A DNA stretch of 59,103 nt from a virus (Duplodnaviria; Caudoviricetes), in IMG/VR virus record IMGVR_UViG_3300028588_000027, positions 1-59,103 of that record. One strand, 5' to 3'. A program made the position numbers and the translations under genes. The first letter of the stretch is position 1. Every line of letters starts with the position of its first letter. Below, piece by piece: positions 19,556 to 28,007 of this stretch. Under the pieces are notes generated by a model that was given only the letters and a program-made list of their open reading frames with translations, was not told where the DNA came from and did no database searches.

Positions 19556-20223
19556 ATGTCTTTCAGGTCGTCCTCGTAAGAGTCGCCGCCTTCTTTCTCG
19601 TTGGTAATGCCGTAGGCTTCGCGCTCGAGGCCCACCAGCACCTTGAGGGTGTCGGCCAGCTTCTTCATGCTGTCGATGCGCCCGGCGCTGGAAATGATCT
19701 TCATGTACGTGTCGTTGAGCTTGTCCCGGCCCTTGTCGTCCGGGGCGTACATGAGCATGCCGAGTTGCTGCAGCGCGTCGAGGTTCATCGTCTGGCCCTC
19801 GAGCTCGTTCAGCAGCGTCATGGCCAGGCGTCGGTTGCGCCCGATGTCTTTGCGCTGGGACAGCATCACAGAGGCCACCAGCCCGGCATTGGCCTCGATG
19901 ATCGCCGCGTCGCTTGGTTTCAGCGTCGAAGTTTCAGCGCCGGGTTCTGTTGAAACTTGCGTTGAAACTGCGTCGGCTGAAACCAGCGATTCCGCCTTGG
20001 CCTGAACCTTCGCGGCCAAGTCACGCGGAATGTCCTTTTCCCGGAAATGCTTGTTGATCGCCGTGTGCGAGACGCTGTTGCCCGTTACTGATTGGTAATC
20101 TGCAGCCAGCTGCAGCACGCTCTTGATGCCGGCGCGCCAACCTGGTTCGATGCGGTCCCAATCGACGGGAGCCCGCTTAGGCTTGGCGGCGGCTGGCTGC
20201 TTCTTCGCGTCGCCTTTCGCCAT
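19552..20223 (-). CDS. terS: Terminase small subunit
   Basis: DWDRIE N-terminal HTH and LEREAYGI C-terminus; overlaps the terL start. Confidence 0.8.
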   Translation of the reverse strand: MAKGDAKKQPAAAKPKRAPVDWDRIEPGWRAGIKSVLQLAADYQSVTGNSVSHTAINKHFREKDIPRDLAAKVQAKAESLVSADAVSTQVSTEPGAETSTLKPSDAAIIEANAGLVASVMLSQRKDIGRNRRLAMTLLNELEGQTMNLDALQQLGMLMYAPDDKGRDKLNDTYMKIISSAGRIDSMKKLADTLKVLVGLEREAYGITNEKEGGDSYEDDLKDI

Positions 20224-20225
20224 GG

Positions 20226-20453
20226 TTACTTCCTTTCTTTCCAGTAACAGTGGTAGCGCGTGTCGCGCTGGGTGGCGTTGATCGCCTCGGCCCGGCTGTT
20301 ATGGATGGTCGCCACCTTGATGTGCTTAGGCAGCGGGGTGAAGGCGCACAGCTCGACAGAGTTGTTGCTGAACACCTTCGTGACGATGGCAGGGCGATCG
20401 CCGGCCATGTCGGCCAGCAGGATCGTCTCGCCCAGGGATGGGGTGCGAATCAT
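20226..20453 (-). CDS. Hypothetical protein
   Basis: PSLG...RPAIVTKV small phage protein; SD present. Confidence 0.65.
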   Translation of the reverse strand: MIRTPSLGETILLADMAGDRPAIVTKVFSNNSVELCAFTPLPKHIKVATIHNSRAEAINATQRDTRYHCYWKERK

Positions 20454-20455
20454 GG

Positions 20456-20650
20456 TCAGGCCTTCCAGTTGACGGAAACTTTGCCTTCTTGGCCCAGCGG
20501 GTCGTCGGCAGCTTTGCGCCCGAGCAGTTCAATGCGAACGACCATGCCCTCGTTGATAGAGCTACAGCGCGCGATGTCCTTCACGATGGCCTCGAGTTCT
20601 TCCAGGTTCGTGTAGGTGAATTCCTTGCCGCGTGTGAGGATTGCCTGCAT
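20456..20650 (-). CDS. Hypothetical protein (64 aa)
   Basis: Start MQAILT coupled to the upstream TAA; GGGAG SD. Confidence 0.6.
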   Translation of the reverse strand: MQAILTRGKEFTYTNLEELEAIVKDIARCSSINEGMVVRIELLGRKAADDPLGQEGKVSVNWKA

Positions 20651-20943
20651 TACATTCTCCCGCGTGCTTTGTCGAAGGCCTGGCCGAACAGCGCGTCGGC
20701 GTCGGCGTTTTCCTGCTTGGCCTGGTCGGGCTGGCCAGCACCAGGTGCGCCGGCGGAACCTTCCAGCAGCTCGGCCGCGTAGTCGAGCGCGGCGTCCAGG
20801 TCCATCGGGGCGGCATTGCTGGCTTCGCCGCCTTCCGGGTAGACCATGAAGGAACCGTCCGGGGCGGCAGCAATGCAAATGACGTTACCCTGAGCTGCAG
20901 GTGGCTGGCCAGCTGGGGCGGCCTGTTGGGTCGGGTCGATCAT
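20650..20943 (-). CDS. Hypothetical acidic protein
   Basis: AGGA SD; typical codon usage. Confidence 0.65.
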   Translation of the reverse strand: MIDPTQQAAPAGQPPAAQGNVICIAAAPDGSFMVYPEGGEASNAAPMDLDAALDYAAELLEGSAGAPGAGQPDQAKQENADADALFGQAFDKARGRM

Positions 20944-20965
20944 GGTCTACGTCCTGGTGGTGGGG

Positions 20966-21337
20966 TTACTTGTCGCCGGCGGGCGCGGTGGCCTGCGGAT
21001 CGGCGTCGGGTGCTGGTGCTGCAGCCTCGGCCGCTGCGGCCGCGTCGGTTGCAGTCTCGGCCGCTTCGGGCTCGGTCGGCGCAGGGAGATTCATGTACGC
21101 CGGCACGCCGTTGCGCACAGGGCGCCAGTCGGCTGCGTCGGTAGCGTTGCGGGCGAAGTTGGCGGCCTGGTCTTCGGTGTCGAACTCGAGCACCTGTTCG
21201 GTGGCGCTGTGCTTGATGCGGAATTTGCCGTCGTCGGGGAACTCGGGCGCTTCGGCCGCGATGCTGATGGCGCTGCCGCCGGCGGACATCAAGGCAGCTG
21301 CAGCGGCGAAGATCATGGAATGGCGTTTGCGAAACAT
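20966..21337 (-). CDS. Hypothetical protein, first gene of the late operon
   Basis: AGGAG SD; acidic Ala-rich C-terminus. Confidence 0.65.
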   Translation of the reverse strand: MFRKRHSMIFAAAAALMSAGGSAISIAAEAPEFPDDGKFRIKHSATEQVLEFDTEDQAANFARNATDAADWRPVRNGVPAYMNLPAPTEPEAAETATDAAAAAEAAAPAPDADPQATAPAGDK

Positions 21338-21567
21338 GGGGTTGCTCCTGGTGGTGGTGATGAAGTGGTGGTTGCCGCCGGCCTGCCCTGCTGGCGTGGC
21401 TAGGAATGAACCCGCTGCAGGCTGCGCATCCGGCGATCGTGCGGCCCTTTTTTGTCCTGCGGGAGTGACCGCCGGCCCGCGTCGCGCAGTAATAAAAGCC
21501 CGGCGCGCCAGGCGGCCGGGAACCCGTCGGAGACGAGAGAGAGAGGGGGATGACCTTATCGACAGGC

Positions 21568-21600
21568 GAAAAAAAAGCCCGCTTTCGGCAGGCTTTTTTC
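21568..21600. terminator. Bidirectional intrinsic terminator (tR'-like on the minus strand)
   Basis: A tract-GCCCGC-TTTC-GGCAGGC-T tract. Confidence 0.7.
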
Positions 21601-21634
21601 CTTAGTGACAATGATAGAGGGTATCAAGGTTTGG

Positions 21635-21664
21635 ATTCTGCCGCACAAGATTGTGCGGCGTCAA
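21635..21664 (-). promoter_or_regulatory. Putative late promoter with palindromic operator in the spacer
   Basis: Minus strand TTGACG-18 nt-CAGAAT; perfect inverted repeat GCCGCACAA-N2-TTGTGCGGC at 21640-21659. Confidence 0.55.
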
Positions 21665-21689
21665 CTAAATTTCGACAGAGAATGTTTTG

Positions 21690-22025
21690 TCACTCCTGTT
21701 CGGCGTCAATCAATCCCTCGTTTTCGCGCATGGCGTTGGCCAGGCGGTACAGCTGGCGGCCTGCCGGCGTGCGTTCCTCGGTACTGGCCATATAGGCAAT
21801 ACCCTGCGGGCAGGTGATGACGACATTGCCGCCAGATGCCTTGGTGATCTTCCAGCCGGCCGGCGCTGTGCCTTCGCGCGCCTCCGATCGGGTGGCCAGC
21901 AGCAGCGCCAGCGAGGCGCCACCCAGCACGATCGACGTCAGCGCCTGCATTGACGGGTTCATGTCGTGGTCCAGCGCCAGCAGGCCAAGCGTGAAACCTA
22001 TCACGATTGCTAGGGTCGTTCTCAC
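21690..22025 (-). CDS. Hypothetical membrane protein
   Basis: Two N-terminal hydrophobic helices; GTGA overlap; GGAGG SD. Confidence 0.6.
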   Translation of the reverse strand: MRTTLAIVIGFTLGLLALDHDMNPSMQALTSIVLGGASLALLLATRSEAREGTAPAGWKITKASGGNVVITCPQGIAYMASTEERTPAGRQLYRLANAMRENEGLIDAEQE

Positions 22026-22471
22026 TTGGCGCCTCCCTCGATGCGGATATAGCCGGCCGCCGCCGAGGCCTCGAGTACGCTTTGTCCGTTCGGCAGTACG
22101 ATCTGGCCGAGGAATGCAGCCTCGAACGACAGCATGCCCACCTCGATCGCCGTAATCTGCGCCTTGATCCAGTCGCGCAGGATGGAGTTCACGCTAATCT
22201 TGGCCTGGTCGAGCGCCTTGGCCTTGTACTGCGCCTCGGTGGTCTTCCGGCGGCTCGAGTAAGGATTCTCTTTCAGCCAGGCGGCGGCGTAGCCCTTGAA
22301 GCTGGCGCGCAGCGTGACGTCCCGGCCGCGATGCGTGAACTGGACGATCAATTCGCCGGCGCGGTTGTCGGTCATCACGCCGAAGCGATCGCAGCCGAAA
22401 GAATCCAGGATGCGCTGCGCTTCCTCGAGCGCGGCGGCGCCGCTGCTGGCGTTGGAGTAGGGAAGTGTCAT
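22022..22471 (-). CDS. Conserved phage hypothetical protein
   Basis: FGCDRFG and SILRDWIKAQITAIE.G motifs; GAGAG SD. Confidence 0.7.
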   Translation of the reverse strand: MTLPYSNASSGAAALEEAQRILDSFGCDRFGVMTDNRAGELIVQFTHRGRDVTLRASFKGYAAAWLKENPYSSRRKTTEAQYKAKALDQAKISVNSILRDWIKAQITAIEVGMLSFEAAFLGQIVLPNGQSVLEASAAAGYIRIEGGAK

Positions 22472-22489
22472 GCTCTCTCTCTTGTGTGG

Positions 22490-22861
22490 TTAGAAAAGGT
22501 GCATCTGTCCTGCAGCTGGCGCCGCTGGCGTCGACCGCTGGGCCGGGCCGGCGCGCAGCTGCGGGTTGTCGTGCAGGCGCAGCAGGTGCTGGCCACGGTC
22601 GACCGCCCATTCGTATTGCGGCAGGTGATGGCCGGTCGAGCCGTCCCAATCGGCGAAGTCCTGGTCGTGGAACCCGATCGGCTGCGGGTGGTTCTGCTGC
22701 AGCAGCGCCAGCTCGCGCGCCCACTGGTCGAACTTGTGGTCTTGCACGATCGGACTGTCCAGGGCGTAGTACAGGTACGAGTGCACCAGCATTTGCGTGC
22801 GGCGCTGGATAATCCGCCTGGCCGCTGCAGACAGCGAGGCCGGCTGTCCGGCCTTCTTCAT
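22490..22861 (-). CDS. Stand-alone NAD-dependent DNA ligase domain Ia-like protein
   Basis: HSYLYYALDSPIVQDHKFDQWARELALLQ matches the LigA Ia consensus H...YY..D.P.ISD..YD.L..EL..LE; no adenylation domain follows. Confidence 0.7.
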   Translation of the reverse strand: MKKAGQPASLSAAARRIIQRRTQMLVHSYLYYALDSPIVQDHKFDQWARELALLQQNHPQPIGFHDQDFADWDGSTGHHLPQYEWAVDRGQHLLRLHDNPQLRAGPAQRSTPAAPAAGQMHLF

Positions 22862-23976
22862 GCCTGGCTCCCAAACCCAGCGAAGCCGGCCGGGCAGTTC
22901 TTGGCCAGGCCACAGCGCGGGCAGGATTTCGGGATCGCCGGCGCGCCTTGCTGCAGCAGCTGGTTGCGGCACACTTCGGCCAGCGGGACGGGCGGCGTCC
23001 ATTCAGACAGCACATGCTTGAGACAGCGGCGCTCGTCGCTGTGAGTGCGCACCTGGTCCATGGTCTTGTCGTCCCAGCCGAGGAACGCCTGCAGCACCTT
23101 GATGCGCTCGGCGCGTACCAGGTTCTTGAAGAACCGTTGGGCGATGTCATCGAAGTCGCGGATCAGCTTGCGGCCGGGGCCAGGGTCTGCCGGTGCCGCT
23201 GCGCGCTCGCTTGCACGCACAACCTCGAAGAAGCTGTCGAAGTCCATGGGTTCCTTCGCCACCTGACCGGCTTGCCCTGCGCTGACCTCGGCAGGCTGGG
23301 CGGCGAGAGCGACGAGAACCATTTCGGCGGCAAGATCATCAACTGCGGCTTTGAGCTTGCTGGCGCGCACAGGCATGGCTCCCGGCAGGCGCATATCCTC
23401 CAGCCCCTCCAGGACATCGCCAGCGCGGCGCAGCACTTCCTTTATCGCTTTTTCTGGCAGCACCGAGCCGGCTTGCCCTGCGCTGGCAGGTGCAGGAGTG
23501 GCGAAACCAGCGCGAGCGCGAAGCCACGCCACGACGGTGGACCGCTGAACCCAATCGGTGCCGTTCGCGTAGTCACTGGCCGCCTCGCGCAGCGCCGCGC
23601 TTGCCTCGCCCCCAGCAGCACGGCGGGATGCGGCGATAGCGAGCGCCCCGAAGCTCATCAAGCGTTCGTGTGCCTCGACGTTCCCCGCCAGCAGCTCGAC
23701 GCCGGCCGTGGTCGTGCGCGCGAAAGTGTAGCCGGCCAGCTTCGCCAGCTCGATCAGTTCGGCATCCTTCACCTTCTCCGCTACCTGCGGGGATGGGGCT
23801 GGCCTCCACAGTGCAATGCGCTCGGCAAGGCGGTCACGCAGCGGGTCAGCGCCTGGCTCCATGCTCCCCGATGTGCGCTGGCCGAGGAAGACCATGATCT
23901 TGCGGGCCAGTTCGCTATCGTCCACCGTGTAATCGGCTGCGCCTGCGGTGATCTGGTCGTTCGTGAGGGTGGACAT
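22858..23976 (-). CDS. Modular hypothetical protein
   Basis: GGAG SD; short helical modules separated by repeated SAGQAG linkers; C-terminal CPRCG..C. Confidence 0.65.
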   Translation of the reverse strand: MSTLTNDQITAGAADYTVDDSELARKIMVFLGQRTSGSMEPGADPLRDRLAERIALWRPAPSPQVAEKVKDAELIELAKLAGYTFARTTTAGVELLAGNVEAHERLMSFGALAIAASRRAAGGEASAALREAASDYANGTDWVQRSTVVAWLRARAGFATPAPASAGQAGSVLPEKAIKEVLRRAGDVLEGLEDMRLPGAMPVRASKLKAAVDDLAAEMVLVALAAQPAEVSAGQAGQVAKEPMDFDSFFEVVRASERAAAPADPGPGRKLIRDFDDIAQRFFKNLVRAERIKVLQAFLGWDDKTMDQVRTHSDERRCLKHVLSEWTPPVPLAEVCRNQLLQQGAPAIPKSCPRCGLAKNCPAGFAGFGSQA

Positions 23977-24971
23977 TACTTCGCTCCTTCTGTGGTTTGG
24001 GTTGCAACCTTGGACATGGCTGCATCAATGGCTTCGCGCACGGTCGATCCGCGTACCGTTGGCGACCCGGAAAAGTCAAGATCAATGGCGATATACGCCT
24101 CCCCATCGCTTGGCTCGTACTGGTGCATACTCACAACAGCGGGGCCTCCCAAGAAATTCAGCCGCTGTGTGTCAGCCTGGTCGGCAGTCTGTGCCGCTCC
24201 AATAGTGGAGGCGGCAGGGGCAGCGCCGAGCATGGCGTTGAAAATCATTTCCACGTCGCTGCTGTCGGCATCACAATCGCGCCGGTTCGCCTCGGCCAAG
24301 CCTGCGGCGCGCATTTCCTTCGTCACACTCGCCAGAATTCGATCTGCCAGCGCTGCTGCTGGCTTGGTGGCGAGAAGGGATGCGCCCCACTGCTTGATGT
24401 AGTCGATTAACCGCGCGGATCGCGTCGGATAGTCTTCGCTGTGAATCACGCATGCACGCAGCAGATTGTGAAAATCCACGCCCTCGATGCTCAGGTCGGC
24501 GGTCGGCTTGGTGGCGGCAGATACAGCAGCGCCAGGTAACAGGGCAATAATTCGGTCTGCCAGCGGGTCGATGTCATTCGCGCTGCACCAGTCGATTCCG
24601 ACCTGGCCGCCGGGGTTCATGTGTTCGGCAGCATAGTCTGCAATGGTCTGGCCGATCTGATCGCGCAGCGCCAGCAGATTCCCGGCGACGTCGGCCGTGC
24701 GCTGCTCGAGCTCGGCCAGCTTGGCCGCGGCCGTCAGCACGGTGGTAACGGGCCGGTTGGCCAGCTGCGCCAGGTGGTCGGCGCTGAACGTGTAGAACTT
24801 GCGCAGCTGCAGGCCTTGGCCCTCGCGCACGGCGTCCAGCGTCTCGCGGTTGGTAATCTCGAGGTAGACGTTGTTCAGGCCGCCCGCGCGGTAGAAGTAG
24901 ACCACGCCAGGTTCATTGGTCGGCGTGCCGGCCAGGATGTTCGACAGAGTAGGGACGGGCGCCTTATCCAT
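23976..24971 (-). CDS. Modular hypothetical protein
   Basis: Start MDKAPV with AAGGA SD; repeated ATKP and LADRI motifs; DT.RL.FL...VREAIDAAM C-terminal module. Confidence 0.65.
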   Translation of the reverse strand: MDKAPVPTLSNILAGTPTNEPGVVYFYRAGGLNNVYLEITNRETLDAVREGQGLQLRKFYTFSADHLAQLANRPVTTVLTAAAKLAELEQRTADVAGNLLALRDQIGQTIADYAAEHMNPGGQVGIDWCSANDIDPLADRIIALLPGAAVSAATKPTADLSIEGVDFHNLLRACVIHSEDYPTRSARLIDYIKQWGASLLATKPAAALADRILASVTKEMRAAGLAEANRRDCDADSSDVEMIFNAMLGAAPAASTIGAAQTADQADTQRLNFLGGPAVVSMHQYEPSDGEAYIAIDLDFSGSPTVRGSTVREAIDAAMSKVATQTTEGAK

Positions 24972-25626
24972 GGCTCGGTCCTTTCGGTGCGGCCAGGATG
25001 GCATCAATCACGCGCGCGTAGCCGTGGCGGTGCGCCTCGGACCACAGCCAGCGGTAGACGTCGGCATAGTCCTTGTCGCCGCGCTCGCGTGCCAGCAGCG
25101 CGGCCTCGGGGTTCAGCTGGCGCGGCAGCGTCGACGCGGTGGGCAGCGTGCCGTCGGCCAGGTAGCCGCGGCGCGCGCACAGGCGTTGCGCGGCCTGCGC
25201 GATAGGGCGGGTATGGTGCAGCGGGTGTTCCGGCCGGGCCGGCATACCGATCGGGTCGAACGGCGTGCGCTTCGGGTGGAAGTTGATTTCGTCCACGATC
25301 GCGGCCAGGGCGCGCACGACTTCCATGGACTCCACCAGCTGCGGGCGCAGCACGCTGGCCACTTCCTTTTCGACGGCGTGCGCCAGGCGGATCGCCAGGT
25401 CCGGGCCTTCCGGCAGGCCGGTCACGATCGCCTGCAGGCGCGATTCGGACAGGACGGGCGCGTGCTCGTCTTCCCACTCAAGCGGGCCAGGCGGCAGGTA
25501 GTCCAGTTTGCGGCGTTGCGGCACGCCTTCGCGCACCAGGTGCGTGCGGGCCACGTTGGCCAGGTCCGGCATTTCGCCGGCGCGCTCCATGGCGGCAATC
25601 GCCAGCGGGTTATTTGTTGCAGACAT
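24964..25626 (-). CDS. Hypothetical protein
   Basis: GAGAG SD; typical codon usage. Confidence 0.65.
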   Translation of the reverse strand: MSATNNPLAIAAMERAGEMPDLANVARTHLVREGVPQRRKLDYLPPGPLEWEDEHAPVLSESRLQAIVTGLPEGPDLAIRLAHAVEKEVASVLRPQLVESMEVVRALAAIVDEINFHPKRTPFDPIGMPARPEHPLHHTRPIAQAAQRLCARRGYLADGTLPTASTLPRQLNPEAALLARERGDKDYADVYRWLWSEAHRHGYARVIDAILAAPKGPSHG

Positions 25627-25676
25627 GCTCTCTCTCTTTCGGGGGTTGTGCGCCCACCGTAGCGGGCGCGGGGTTG

Positions 25677-25811
25677 TTATTCGTTGGCGCGGTAGGCTTT
25701 GACCAGGGCATCGCGGTCCACGTTGAACAGCCAGGCCACGGTATCGGCCACGGCGGGCAGATGCCCACCGTTGGCAATACGCCTTTTGAAGTTGACAAGT
25801 GCTTCTTCCAT
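25677..25811 (-). CDS. Small hypothetical protein (44 aa)
   Basis: MEEALVNFKRRI; GGAG SD. Confidence 0.5.
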   Translation of the reverse strand: MEEALVNFKRRIANGGHLPAVADTVAWLFNVDRDALVKAYRANE

Positions 25812-25831
25812 GTGCGGTTTCTCCGGTATGG

Positions 25832-26047
25832 TCAGGCGCCAGGGAAACCAGCGCGCTCGCTGGCGCGCTTGGCGATGTGGTCGTTCAGGATGCCGCGGGC
25901 CAGCTGGATGCGCAGCTGCTCCTGCGATGCGTGGGCTTCGTCCAGCACGCGGATCATTTCGCGCTCGGCCTTCGCTTCGCGCTTGTTCTCGAGGTAGATG
26001 GCCGTGGCCACCATCACCACGGCGACGATGATAAGGAAGATGGTCAT
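25832..26047 (-). CDS. Small single-TM protein
   Basis: N-terminal TM helix; ATGA overlap. Confidence 0.6.
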   Translation of the reverse strand: MTIFLIIVAVVMVATAIYLENKREAKAEREMIRVLDEAHASQEQLRIQLARGILNDHIAKRASERAGFPGA

Positions 26048-26211
26048 TGCACCACCTGCGCATCATGTTGCTTGGCCAGCGCCAGCGCTTCGCGCACGGC
26101 CTCGACGGCCGCCACGCTGACGGTCCCGGTTTGCTCGACGTCGACGTCGACCAAGTTGCAGGCGTGCTGCATGGCGCTCAGGATCGGCAGGGGATAGTTG
26201 ATGGTCTTCAT
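26044..26211 (-). CDS. Small hypothetical protein (55 aa)
   Basis: MKTINYPL; GAGG SD. Confidence 0.55.
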   Translation of the reverse strand: MKTINYPLPILSAMQHACNLVDVDVEQTGTVSVAAVEAVREALALAKQHDAQVVQ

Positions 26212-26218
26212 GGCCGCC

Positions 26219-26332
26219 TCAGACTGGAAAGCTGGCGCGCTCGATGGCGCCGACGATGACCAGGCACAGGGCGATGCCGACGAAGCACGCCCACGGATTT
26301 GCGTCCAGGAACTCGTTGAATTTGCGAAGCAT
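26219..26332 (-). CDS. Small single-TM protein (37 aa)
   Basis: MLRKFNEFLDANPWACFVGIALCLVIVGAIERASFPV; GAGAGGG SD; first ORF after a promoter; below the ORF-track cutoff. Confidence 0.55.
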   Translation of the reverse strand: MLRKFNEFLDANPWACFVGIALCLVIVGAIERASFPV

Positions 26333-26369
26333 GGGAACCCTCTCTCGTTATTAATCTGCAACATGAGAG

Positions 26370-26398
26370 AGTGTAGACGAAAGGGAACTACACAGCAA
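26370..26398 (-). promoter_or_regulatory. Sigma70-like promoter
   Basis: Minus strand TTGCTG-17 nt-TACACT in an intergenic gap. Confidence 0.55.
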
Positions 26399-26755
26399 CT
26401 ACTTTCCGAACTTTTGTTCTTCTTCCGCGATCGCTTGGTACAGCTCGCTGCAGCGCTTGGCCAGGATGGCGCCGACTTCCATCTTCGTGCTGCACAGCTG
26501 CATGCGGTGCAGCTGGTACCGGGCCGTGAGTGGCGCGCCGTTGGCGCCAATGGTGCGCAGCTGCAGCTCGACCGTGCCAGGCATCGGGCCGTAGCGGTCC
26601 AGGTTGCGGTGCTGCTCGAGCGTCGCCTGCAGGCGCTTTTCCCTGGCCAGCGCCGCATCCAGTGCGGCCTGCAGGTCGTCGGCGCGTGCGCGCTGCCGGT
26701 TCGCTTCCAGTTTGTCCTGGCTCGGGCCGAAATACTGTTTCAGGATGGTGTGCAT
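26399..26755 (-). CDS. Hypothetical coiled-coil protein
   Basis: Start MHTILK coupled to the upstream TGA. Confidence 0.6.
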   Translation of the reverse strand: MHTILKQYFGPSQDKLEANRQRARADDLQAALDAALAREKRLQATLEQHRNLDRYGPMPGTVELQLRTIGANGAPLTARYQLHRMQLCSTKMEVGAILAKRCSELYQAIAEEEQKFGK

Positions 26756-27291
26756 CAGTCTTCCCCGCACAGGTCGCCCAGCTGCTCGCCGATGAGTGTG
26801 CGCGCGCGCTTGTCCAGGTCGGCCAGGTGTGGCCAGATTTTTTTCTTTTGGTCGTAGGCGGTGCGCTTCGGGACGTTCAGCTTTTCGGCTTCCTTGCCCA
26901 GCATGTTGCCGCGCTCGAAATACTCCTGGACGATCGCGTACCGAATGCGTTGCACTGACTCGGCGTTGCCAATGAAAGCGCACGCCCAATTGGCGAGATT
27001 CAGGATTGCATTCTTGTATTCGTCAAGTGCCTTGTCGTTTCCGCAGCATGGGCAGGTGTCGACCCTTGCCGAATACCTGGCGATAATCGCAGCGCGCTCC
27101 AATTCGCCCAGCCTCTCGATGCGGTTCTTGATGATGCCGGCCTGCGCGGCGCCATCCAGGCCGATCATTCCCTTGCCGCCGCCGATGCCTGGTGTGCGCA
27201 TCAGCTTGGCCAAGTCGGATTGCGGGTACTGCTGACTGGTGAAACGCATCGCAAACGTTAATGCGTCGTCGTGATTCCGAAATAAAAACAT
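26755..27291 (-). CDS. Putative late-gene regulator/antiterminator (Zn-ribbon plus C-terminal HTH)
   Basis: GLDGAAQAG, CPCCG and C-terminal A.KLNVPKRTAY HTH; position after the replication genes. Confidence 0.55.
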   Translation of the reverse strand: MFLFRNHDDALTFAMRFTSQQYPQSDLAKLMRTPGIGGGKGMIGLDGAAQAGIIKNRIERLGELERAAIIARYSARVDTCPCCGNDKALDEYKNAILNLANWACAFIGNAESVQRIRYAIVQEYFERGNMLGKEAEKLNVPKRTAYDQKKKIWPHLADLDKRARTLIGEQLGDLCGED

Positions 27292-27335
27292 TGGCTCTCT
27301 CTGCTATTCTTCGTGCTTGCACAGGAAATGGGGTT

Positions 27336-27359
27336 GGCCGCTTTACGCGGCCTTTTTTT
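27336..27359 (+). terminator. Intrinsic terminator facing the antisense (+) direction
   Basis: GGCCGC-TTTAC-GCGGCC followed by a T tract. Confidence 0.5.
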
Positions 27360-27401
27360 ATTTCCGTCAGGATACCGCTTTCGTTTCCTGTTCGCACGTT
27401 T

Positions 27402-28007
27402 TTATGCCGGCGCCACCTCGTATGTCAGGCCTTCCTTGACGCGCTGTTGTACCGTTGCGCGCGCCTGGTCGATTTCGCGGCGCGTGGCCACCTCGAGCTG
27501 CGCAATGTGGACGTCCAGGCCTCGCCGCACGGACACAATCGCCGGGCCGTCGAATCCCCAGCGGCCGGTACGCTCGCCGCGCACCTTGGCCGCGAATAGT
27601 CCGTCCAGCGCCGTCCGGATTTCCTCGGTGTGGTCTTCGCCGAGGCCCATTTCGGCCAGCACCATCGCCACGTTCATCGCCACGGCCAGCATGTTCCAGG
27701 ATTCATCACTACCCTGGCCCTGCACCATGTTCAGGTAGGCGAACTCCGAATAGGCTTCGACCTCGAGCGCGTCGCCGCGCGTCATCGGCTGGTCCGGGAT
27801 GCGGCGCGCAGCGTACAGCATCGGGGCGATGTCCCACACGGCCGACGCCGGGCGAGGGCGATTGTCTGGCATCCAGCGGCGCACGCGCGGGTCTGGCCAG
27901 GTGGCGGCTGTCAGATCGCGGTTCAACTGCTGCAGCATGGCCAGGGTGATTGCGGTGGACGTCGACAGCCCTACGGCGCGGGTTTTCTTGATGATGAGAT
28001 TTTTCAT
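27402..28007 (-). CDS. Conserved phage hypothetical protein
   Basis: W..LA.AMN...LAE.GLG and LDVH.AQL motifs; ATGA overlap. Confidence 0.65.
   Translation of the reverse strand: MKNLIIKKTRAVGLSTSTAITLAMLQQLNRDLTAATWPDPRVRRWMPDNRPRPASAVWDIAPMLYAARRIPDQPMTRGDALEVEAYSEFAYLNMVQGQGSDESWNMLAVAMNVAMVLAEMGLGEDHTEEIRTALDGLFAAKVRGERTGRWGFDGPAIVSVRRGLDVHIAQLEVATRREIDQARATVQQRVKEGLTYEVAPA

Noticed and set aside
21550-21817. Plus-strand ORFs across the late promoter
   Set aside because: They run through terminator and promoter elements, with poor SD spacing and atypical codons.
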